61,336 bases of DNA from Candidatus Saccharimonadota bacterium (lineage in GTDB: Bacteria > Patescibacteriota > Saccharimonadia > Saccharimonadales > UBA10212): positions 1-61,336 of the forward strand of contig JALHRM010000006.1 of assembly GCA_022841445.1 (NCBI GenBank), given 5' to 3'. Positions within the stretch are counted from its first letter, which is position 1, and every line of letters starts with the position of its first letter. This document shows, one piece after another, positions 28,490 to 35,618 of this stretch. The notes under the pieces were generated by a model. The model had not been told where the DNA came from and did not search any database. It saw only the letters and a program-made list of their open reading frames with translations. The position numbers and the translations under genes are program-made.

Positions 28490-29179
28490 GAGTTTTTAGT
28501 TCCAGAATTTTTAAAAGTTACCGACTAAGCCTAACAGATGTAGCGGCCATTGTAAAGCCATGATATACCCCAATACCGCAAGACCGGCTAATGAGCTTCC
28601 AGTAGCTTTACTGCAAAGGTGTCGCCATCCCCTAGCAAGTCCCCGACTCGCAACTAAATCATTACTTTGTACCGACAAAGCTACCCATTCCCACTTTTGA
28701 CAGCAAAAGTGACTCAAAACTGCTGGGGCGACTGCCTCGACTCGATACATCTGTTGATCAAAAAGAAGTTTGCCCGCGGAACTCTTTCATAAGACTGCTT
28801 TAGAGCAGTCTTACTCAGTCAAACAGTCCTCGGCAATCAAATACACTTCTTGTTTGACAACATCTGTTCGGGTCTTATCAGAGCCCCAGAACCCAAGCCG
28901 CAGTTAGGCTCGGGCATCAAGCCACTTACCCTGAAAGAACACGTCAGTAAAACAACATCTAGGGCGAGGACTAGTTGAGATCATTCCTTGAAAAGCAATA
29001 AAGATCGAAACCGATCCCTTTAGGGTCGTTCCGCAGCCTGTTGTTTTATTCTGACTAGTGGTCTTATCAAGGTAAGTGAGCTGCCCGGAGTTTGGCAACA
29101 CCTTTGCGATCAAAGGTGTTAGCAGAGTGTTGCTATCAAAAGTGGGAATATTTGGCAAGTCGCAGACTTGCACCATAGT

Positions 29180-32092
29180 TTAAGCTTTGGAGAGTTTAAC
29201 TGCCACTTCTTGGCCTTCAACCTTGACAGTGACTTGATAGTCACCATCGCCATCCAACCCACCGGTTGCTAAGGCTTCCGTGAATATAGTGTCTTTAAAT
29301 GTCGTGATGGCCTCTGTTATTTCAGTAGATTCTGAAGAAATTTGCAGCAAAATCCTATCCTCTACATTCAAGCCAGCCTGCTTGCGAGCGTTTTGCACAT
29401 GTCGCACAATATCCCGCATTAGCCCCTCCGCCTTCAGCTCCGGTGTTATTTCAAAATTCATAGTGATTCCATTGGGCTCTGAACTACTAACTTTGTATAT
29501 GCCAGACTTCACATTTAACTCTTCCTCCAGAAGCTGTTTTAACCCTTCAGAAAGTTCTCTTTTAGTAGTGACAATTGGACCTAGTAAAGGTTTTCTAACA
29601 TTTATGCTTTCTAAAGCGCGGCCTTGAAGCCCTAAGCTGATCATAGCTCTGATTGTCTCCATATCTTCTAATATTATCCGGCTAGCGTTATCTTGCTGAT
29701 TAACAGATGGCCAATGACTGAGGTGTACGGATTTTGCCAGCTCCGTTCCCTTAGTCAGTTCACGCCATAAATGGTCGCTGATAAACGGCGCCCAAGGAGC
29801 TAACAATTGTGCGACGCGCAGCAATGTATACCACAGCGTCTCATAGGCCTGCTTTTTATCAGTATCATCATCGGCTTTCCAGAACCTGCGGCGTGAGCGC
29901 CTAATGAACCAATTACTCATATCATCGACTAATTCGAATATTGGCGTAATCGCGTGGGCTATTTTGTAATCATCAGCTTGGCGAGTGGTTTCGGCAATCG
30001 TTTCATCAAGTCGCGCCAACATCCACTGATCCAACACATTTGTGCTAACTGGCCGCTCGCCCGGGTTCGCCGGCTGCCACTTGTCCAACTCGGCATACAT
30101 TGTGAAGAACTGATACGAATTAAGCAGCGTACTAATGATGTTGCGGTTGATGTCTTTCATACCACCGCGATCAAAGCGCATATAGTCAGCCACCTGTGTG
30201 GCCTGGGTGCTCGATAACAGATACAGTCTGAGGCTATCGACACCCTCACTGTCAAACACCTCGTCAAGTGGAGGGTAGTTTTTGAGGCGCTTGCTAAGCT
30301 TCTGACCATCGGCAGCCATGATCATGCCATTCACTGTTACATTGCGGTAGGCTGGCTGCTCAAACAGGATTGTCGCCACGACATGTTGGACGTAAAACCA
30401 TAACCTCGTCTGATCCAAGCCTTCGATGATGAAGTCGGCCGGAAAAGTTTTGTCGAATGTCTCTTTGTTCTCGAATGGATAATGCTGCTGCCCAATGCTC
30501 ATGCAGCCGGACTCGAACCAGCAGTCCAGAACTTCTTCGACACGCTTGTAGGTCCTTCCGTCCTTGGTAAAACTGATTTTATCGATGGACGGTCGATGCA
30601 GATCATCAACGTCGATATCGTTACCGGCAAGCTTTTTAAGCTCTTCAATACTGCCGACTACAATATAATCGCTGGCGTCATTTTCATTTACCCAAATAGG
30701 TAACGGCGCGCCCCAATAACGGTTACGCGAAATCGCCCAATCCCTAGCACCTTCCAGCCATTTGCCAAAGCGGCCGGTCTTGATGTGTGCCGGTGTCCAA
30801 TTGATTGCCTCGGCTGTTTTAAGCAGTTGCGGGCGGATATCTGACACCTTAATGAACCAACTATCGATGGCGTAGTACAGTAGCGGCGTTTCACATCGCC
30901 AACAAAACGGATAGGTGTGCTTAAACGTCTCCGCTGCATATACATTCCCCTTCTTGGTCAGATGTTCAATGATGTATTTATCAGCTTTTTTGAAGAACAT
31001 GCCGTTGACTTCGTCATAGTCTTTCACGTCCCGGACATGCCCGCTTGGGCTAATCGTGTTAAGCACCGGAATATCGTTCTCTTGACCTAACGCAAGATCA
31101 TCTTCACCGAATGCCGGTGCAACGTGTAGTACACCAGACCCGTCTTCGATACTGACAAAATCTGCAGCCCAGATCTTATAAGTATTAGTTGAGTCAAAAT
31201 CAGATGTCAGTTCGAATAATGGCTGATAGGAACGACCCACCAAGTTCTCACCTAGAACTTCTTTGGTAATATGGTAGTCTTCGCTGCTTAACGCTTCCAG
31301 GCGCTTCTTAGCCAAGACTAATGTTTCGGCATTGCCTTTGTCGTCTTTCAGTTCTACATAGACGTATTGTTCTTTCGGATTCACAGCGATAGCGGCGTTG
31401 CCGGGCAAACTCCACGGGGTCGTTGTCCAACCAAGCAGATAGGCATCCTCATCAGTAAGCTTGAACTTCACATATAGGCTAGGATCCGGCACGTCATCAC
31501 GGTAGCCATCATTCACTTCAAAATTAGATAGCGGCGTCTCGCAACGTGGGCAGTAAGGTGTACTTTTATACCCCTTATAGAGCAGGCCTTTTTCGTTGAT
31601 TTGGCTGAGTGCCCACCAGACACTTTCAGTGTAATCACGGTCTACCGTCGCATAATAATTGTCATACTCGCTCCAACGCCCCAGCCGTGTTAGCAATCTC
31701 TCCCACTCATCCTTGTAGCGAAAAATAGAATCTCGGCAAGCGGCATTAAACTTATCAATCCCATACTCGATGATCTGTTTCTTGCCAGATAACCCCAGTT
31801 CTTTTTCGATGGCAAATTCGACAGGCAGGCCATGGCAATCCCAGCCATTACGCCGTGGAACATAGTAGCCACGCATCGTTTTATAACGCAGCATTGAATC
31901 CTTGATACTGGTGACGAGGCTATGACCGAAGTGAGGCAAGCCATTCGCGAACGGTGGTCCGTCGTAAAAACTGAATGTCTCCTGGCCTTCTCGCTGCTTT
32001 ATGGATTGCTCGAAGGTGCCTTCTTCTTTCCATAAAGCCAGCATTCGTTCTTCGATTTCGGCCTGCTTGGATTTTTCGGGTTTTTGACTCAT
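29180..32092 (-). CDS. ileS: Isoleucyl-tRNA synthetase (appears type 2/eukaryote-like: no C-terminal Zn-finger Cys cluster)
   Basis: HIGH region PPFANGLPHFGH, KMSKS variant GQKLSKRLKN, and editing-domain and WFESG motifs; 970 aa. The type-2 call is an inference from the HIGH context and the Cys-free C-terminus. Confidence 0.9.
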   Translation of the reverse strand: MSQKPEKSKQAEIEERMLALWKEEGTFEQSIKQREGQETFSFYDGPPFANGLPHFGHSLVTSIKDSMLRYKTMRGYYVPRRNGWDCHGLPVEFAIEKELGLSGKKQIIEYGIDKFNAACRDSIFRYKDEWERLLTRLGRWSEYDNYYATVDRDYTESVWWALSQINEKGLLYKGYKSTPYCPRCETPLSNFEVNDGYRDDVPDPSLYVKFKLTDEDAYLLGWTTTPWSLPGNAAIAVNPKEQYVYVELKDDKGNAETLVLAKKRLEALSSEDYHITKEVLGENLVGRSYQPLFELTSDFDSTNTYKIWAADFVSIEDGSGVLHVAPAFGEDDLALGQENDIPVLNTISPSGHVRDVKDYDEVNGMFFKKADKYIIEHLTKKGNVYAAETFKHTYPFCWRCETPLLYYAIDSWFIKVSDIRPQLLKTAEAINWTPAHIKTGRFGKWLEGARDWAISRNRYWGAPLPIWVNENDASDYIVVGSIEELKKLAGNDIDVDDLHRPSIDKISFTKDGRTYKRVEEVLDCWFESGCMSIGQQHYPFENKETFDKTFPADFIIEGLDQTRLWFYVQHVVATILFEQPAYRNVTVNGMIMAADGQKLSKRLKNYPPLDEVFDSEGVDSLRLYLLSSTQATQVADYMRFDRGGMKDINRNIISTLLNSYQFFTMYAELDKWQPANPGERPVSTNVLDQWMLARLDETIAETTRQADDYKIAHAITPIFELVDDMSNWFIRRSRRRFWKADDDTDKKQAYETLWYTLLRVAQLLAPWAPFISDHLWRELTKGTELAKSVHLSHWPSVNQQDNASRIILEDMETIRAMISLGLQGRALESINVRKPLLGPIVTTKRELSEGLKQLLEEELNVKSGIYKVSSSEPNGITMNFEITPELKAEGLMRDIVRHVQNARKQAGLNVEDRILLQISSESTEITEAITTFKDTIFTEALATGGLDGDGDYQVTVKVEGQEVAVKLSKA

Positions 32093-32349
32093 AGTCCTGC
32101 TCCTTACATAAAAAATATCTCAGCTAGATTCTGGAACCCTGGTTCAGGGCGGTACCATCCAGATTCTTCCGAGATACGGTGGAAGCGCTTGATTGTTGGC
32201 TGTTACGGGCCTAATCCGTCGCGGTCTAGTAACCATTAAGGTGTTCTTCGCGAAGCTTCGTGGTTGATAGCCACTTATCCGAATAAATACCCGGAGCGCA
32301 TATAGTAAACTACCCTTTCACTATAGCTAACAACCCCGCTGCTAGCAAA
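32093..32349 (-). promoter_or_regulatory. ileS 5' leader with T-box riboswitch signature (Ile specifier AUC)
   Basis: Minus-strand RNA contains GAAUCUGGAUGGUACCGCCC (plus 32147-32166), which matches the T-box core ..GGGUGGUACCGCG. A competing helix GAAUCUGGA...UCCAGAAUC encloses the CCCUG-AAC-CAGGG hairpin and is followed by AUAUUUUUUAU. Upstream, a hairpin GUGG-CUAUCAA-CCAC (plus 32260-32274) presents AUC-A in its loop. The AAGGAG Shine-Dalgarno precedes the ileS ATG. Confidence 0.55.
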
Positions 32350-32619
32350 TTATTGGCCAGAATAGGAATCGAGCTCGTTCATCAGTGGCATCAACTCATC
32401 CTGCCATAGCTTAAGTAGCCTGCCGTCCTCGGCTAAGGCCAGCAGTGCAGGATAGCTCGTAACATCGTAGAGTTTAGCCATGTCAGCACCCTGCCGTGTT
32501 TCCAGACTTACTAACTCTATATTTTTATCTTGTCCCTTAAACATCCGATAATCGCGAACGTAGTCGGTAACCGTGCGTTCGTGCTCGCTGTTAGGGTGGT
32601 ATAGGATTATTACTTTCAT
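32350..32619 (-). CDS. Small hypothetical protein (thioredoxin-fold-like pattern, no CxxC)
   Basis: 89-aa ORF MKVIILYHPNSEHERTV...SYPALLALAEDGRLLKLWQ. The beta-alpha-beta start and the YPAL..(D)G motif resemble a Trx/Grx-like fold, but there are no redox cysteines. Confidence 0.5.
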   Translation of the reverse strand: MKVIILYHPNSEHERTVTDYVRDYRMFKGQDKNIELVSLETRQGADMAKLYDVTSYPALLALAEDGRLLKLWQDELMPLMNELDSYSGQ

Positions 32620-32653
32620 GCCTGTTTATTATTTTAGCCTATTTATTAAGTCT

Positions 32654-34954
32654 TTACTCACCAAAATTTCCGATATTACTCCTGTGGATGAAGAAGCGCA
32701 CACCAAACCAAGTGGCTATCGTCATGGTGATTAAGCCAGAGAACACACCGGCGGCTATCAGCTTAGGTTTGGTTAGCGTTAATTTGGATACGGCCGGTTT
32801 TGCCCCTGCCTCCGTTTTTGATGCGTTATTTCCCGAACTACCCTCGTTTACAGATGAACCAGTGTGCTCACCCACGATACTCGGGTTATCTACTTTGAGG
32901 TTCGGGACTGGGGTGTTATTGACGGTTACTTCTCCTGTTTGCGTAATGTTGACTATCGACACACTGGTTGAAGCAGAGGTACTGCCGCCAGCGTTAGTGC
33001 ATGTGAGCGTGTAGGTTGCTGCATTGGTGAGCTGCTTGGTGTTTTCGGTACCAGACGAAGGCTTCGTGCCAGTCCAGTCACCTGAGGCGGTACAACTGGT
33101 TGGAGCGTTGGTGGCGCTCCAGGAGATGGTACTCTTTTGATTGGTTTCTACGGTTGAGGGGGTAGCGGTCAGGGTAACAGTTGGTTTGGAAACATTTGGG
33201 TTGATGGGGTTAGCTGGCGTAGAGACACTCAGTGTTGTAGACGCTGAAGCAGAACCGCCAGTGTTAGTGCATGTGAGCGTGTAGGTCTTGCTGTTTCCAG
33301 CACTAACCGTGCCAGTAGACTGGGAACCGGAAGCGGCTTTGCTGCCAGTCCAGTCACCTGAGGCGGTACAACTGGTTGGAGCGTTGGTGGCGCTCCAGGA
33401 GATGGTACTGGTTCCTCCGCTATTGATAGTGCCGGGAGACAGCGAGATGGTGACCGTTGGTTTTACAGGAACAACTACTAAAGCCACAGAACCAGTTGTT
33501 GTTCCCCCACTATTACTGCAGCTGAGGGTGTAGGTGTACGTCTTGACGGTAGACAGAGTGCCGGTGGATTGAGAGCCGGAGGCTGTTTTGGTACCACTCC
33601 AGTCACCGGAAGCGGTACAACTGGTTGGAGCGTTAGTGGCACTCCAGGAGATGGTGCTACTCCCCCCGGCATTGATGGTGCTGGGGTTAGCACTCAATGT
33701 GATGGTTGGTTTGGCGGGAGGAGGTGGAGGTGTGGCAGATACTGCCACGGAAGCCGTGGCACTGCCGGTTCCCCCGGCATTGGTACAAGCCAGGGTGTAG
33801 CTGTACGTCTTGACGGTAGACAGGATACCGGTAGATTGAGAGCCGCTGGCAGTCTTTGCTCCGCTCCAGTCACCGGAGGCAATACAACTAGTTGGAGCAT
33901 TGGTGGCACTCCAGGTCAATGTAGCAGCACTGCCCTGCTGCAAGCTGGTGGTGGATGCAGAGATAGAAACCACTGGGGCGGAGGGAATGGAAGGAGGGGG
34001 AGGCGGAGGTGGGCTGGCACCAAGTGGATTCACACTATGAACGGCAAGCCCATACATGGTGTACTTTTCGTCACCACTGATTGATCCATTACGGTAGATA
34101 CCCTTCTTTAAGTAGCCGGTTTGGGGATAATCAGTACCGAGTGTCGCCACTGCTTTTCTGGGGAGCACGGGCTGTCCATCTTTATATAATTCCACCCAAC
34201 CTGCCGCACTTGAAATCGAAAATTTCACACCAAGCGTAAATCGCTGCCAAACGCCGGTTTGGATGACCGGACCAGTCCATTGCCCACTATGCCCACCACC
34301 AGTAGATGTTTTGAATATCATCCTGTTTGATCCGTCAGTTGTAAGTATTAAGTTGGGCTGCGAACCGCCCCCCGTAAAATGGGTTTGCAGCCACATGTCC
34401 CAGTCAGAGCCACTATGCGTATTTGCTAGCTGATCAAACCGCTGCCAAAAATCTATATACCAGATTGTGCCTTCCACGAAAGTGAGCTGACCCTGTGCCG
34501 TATTAAGCTCTGTGCGTTCTCTTGGATTTGCTCCCGCATCACCACTCCAAACACAGCCATCTTTTACAAAAATCTCAATCGAAGTACCTGTTTTGCCTGG
34601 AGGCACATCGTTCACATCCCTAACCGATGATCCGCAGCCGCTACCAAGTTGCTTACCTTGCCAATTTGATACTTGTGAGCCACTAAACAGTGTTGTCGTT
34701 TGAGCGTGTGGCCGCTCAAGATGAGACACGATAAAAAAACCGGCAATAAAAGAAACAAGCAAGAGCAGGCTGTGAAATGTTAGCAAAAATCGTGGATTAA
34801 AATAAATAATTTCTTGATCTACACCTTTTAGACTGCTTTGGGATTGACGGAAAGTAATATCGGGCGTGTATGATTCGGTATCATTATCCGCTGCTTCTTG
34901 CCTTGCTACTTCATCGATGTACTTTGCAAATTGTGTTTTTTTATTCCTAGTCAT
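32654..34954 (-). CDS. Doubly anchored surface protein: lyase-like jelly roll (paralogue of 6480..8693 N-domain) + 4 Cys-pair Ig-like repeats + C-terminal TM
   Basis: Colinear with 6480..8693: DVPPGKTGTSIEIFVKDGCVWSG, GTIWYIDFWQRFDQL, WDMWLQTHFTGGGSQPNL, VWQRFTLGVKFS and TGYLKKGIYRNG. A poly-Pro hinge follows, then four repeats with WSATNAPTSC(T/I)ASGDW(S/T)G...Y(T/S)YTL(S/A/T)C(T/S)N.GG. The C-terminal TM is LIAAGVFSGLITMTIATWFGVRFFI. Confidence 0.8.
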   Translation of the reverse strand: MTRNKKTQFAKYIDEVARQEAADNDTESYTPDITFRQSQSSLKGVDQEIIYFNPRFLLTFHSLLLLVSFIAGFFIVSHLERPHAQTTTLFSGSQVSNWQGKQLGSGCGSSVRDVNDVPPGKTGTSIEIFVKDGCVWSGDAGANPRERTELNTAQGQLTFVEGTIWYIDFWQRFDQLANTHSGSDWDMWLQTHFTGGGSQPNLILTTDGSNRMIFKTSTGGGHSGQWTGPVIQTGVWQRFTLGVKFSISSAAGWVELYKDGQPVLPRKAVATLGTDYPQTGYLKKGIYRNGSISGDEKYTMYGLAVHSVNPLGASPPPPPPPSIPSAPVVSISASTTSLQQGSAATLTWSATNAPTSCIASGDWSGAKTASGSQSTGILSTVKTYSYTLACTNAGGTGSATASVAVSATPPPPPAKPTITLSANPSTINAGGSSTISWSATNAPTSCTASGDWSGTKTASGSQSTGTLSTVKTYTYTLSCSNSGGTTTGSVALVVVPVKPTVTISLSPGTINSGGTSTISWSATNAPTSCTASGDWTGSKAASGSQSTGTVSAGNSKTYTLTCTNTGGSASASTTLSVSTPANPINPNVSKPTVTLTATPSTVETNQKSTISWSATNAPTSCTASGDWTGTKPSSGTENTKQLTNAATYTLTCTNAGGSTSASTSVSIVNITQTGEVTVNNTPVPNLKVDNPSIVGEHTGSSVNEGSSGNNASKTEAGAKPAVSKLTLTKPKLIAAGVFSGLITMTIATWFGVRFFIHRSNIGNFGE
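32950..33980 (-). repeat. Four tandem ~250-280-bp coding repeats with near-identical DNA cores
   Basis: The ~60-nt core agtccagtcacctgaggcggtacaactggttggagcgttggtggcgctccaggagatggtact occurs at ~33070-33132 and again at ~33347-33410. Close variants occur at ~33597-33660 and ~33855-33915. Confidence 0.8.
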
Positions 34955-35098
34955 GATGCATTAATACGCTAACAGTTATATGATGGCACACATCATCACG
35001 TAAACAAACATCTACTACCCACTAATCCATGATCTGTCTTTGGGCTTGCTAGTATTGATTGTCGTGAAGCTATCTTGTAAGTTCTAACCTTAGTACTG

Positions 35099-35542
35099 CT
35101 ACTGTGGATTCATTCGAATTTCGCGGGTGATATTTCCATCCGGATCAATCGTCTTTATAGTAACAAACGGTCCAAGCTGTCTGGTACAAATTTCATATTC
35201 TCTTGAAGCCCGCAATTCAAATCGACAGGCATACTCCGTTACCTGCCTTGACCAGGTTCGAAATGCTTCGCCTGTTCGATCGATTCTTTCGATACCATTA
35301 TTTGCACGGTCTGCTAGCTCACCAAGTGGCGCCACTCTTTCAATTGGATTGTCATCTGAAAAGTGCGTTGCTAGCGTTAAAGCACCACCCGCGCCGGCAA
35401 GTACTGAAGCGCAAGCGACTGCGGCTATTTGCCACCATGGTCTTGCTATACGAACGCGCGGAATCTTCGTAGGATCAGCATCGAATAGTGGTTGTGCTTG
35501 AGGTGGATCAGGTTCGCCACTTGATTGATCGGGTGTTGTCAT
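35099..35542 (-). CDS. Hypothetical small membrane-anchored protein (trimmed from track ORF 35099..35773)
   Basis: The track ORF overlaps the nrdJ 3' end and its terminator. An internal ATG at 35542 lies downstream of the terminator and gives MTTPDQSSGEPDPP...RPWWQIAAVACASVLAGAGGALTLA (TM) plus a ~90-aa domain. Confidence 0.55.
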   Translation of the reverse strand: MTTPDQSSGEPDPPQAQPLFDADPTKIPRVRIARPWWQIAAVACASVLAGAGGALTLATHFSDDNPIERVAPLGELADRANNGIERIDRTGEAFRTWSRQVTEYACRFELRASREYEICTRQLGPFVTIKTIDPDGNITREIRMNPQ

Positions 35543-35559
35543 ACAAATAATTATAAATT

Positions 35560-35605
35560 CTTTATAAAAATATAAAAGAGGACTCGTGTAAAGTCCTCTT
35601 TTTAG
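35560..35605 (-). terminator. Rho-independent terminator after nrdJ
   Basis: Minus-strand RNA reads AAAAGAGGACU-UUACACG-AGUCCUCUUUUAUAUUUUUAU. It has an 11-bp stem and a U-rich tail, 14 nt after the nrdJ stop. Confidence 0.8.
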
Positions 35606-35618
35606 GTGCGCTGGACTA

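Noticed and set aside
28490-29179. RNase P RNA, tmRNA or SRP RNA in the ileS-rplU gap
   Set aside because: Only partial resemblances were found: CAAACUCCGGGC vs GGAAAGUCCGGGC, CAGAACCC on the opposite strand, and GGGGCGACUGCCUCGAC vs the tmRNA 5' end. P4 strands do not pair, there is no T-arm plus CCA end, and there is no tag ORF. The gap is kept only as an unexplained region.
30505-30525. tRNA T-arm-like sequence GCUGG-UUCGAGU-CCGGC on the minus strand
   Set aside because: It lies inside ileS, where it encodes the conserved WFESG motif. No matching acceptor, D or anticodon arms flank it.
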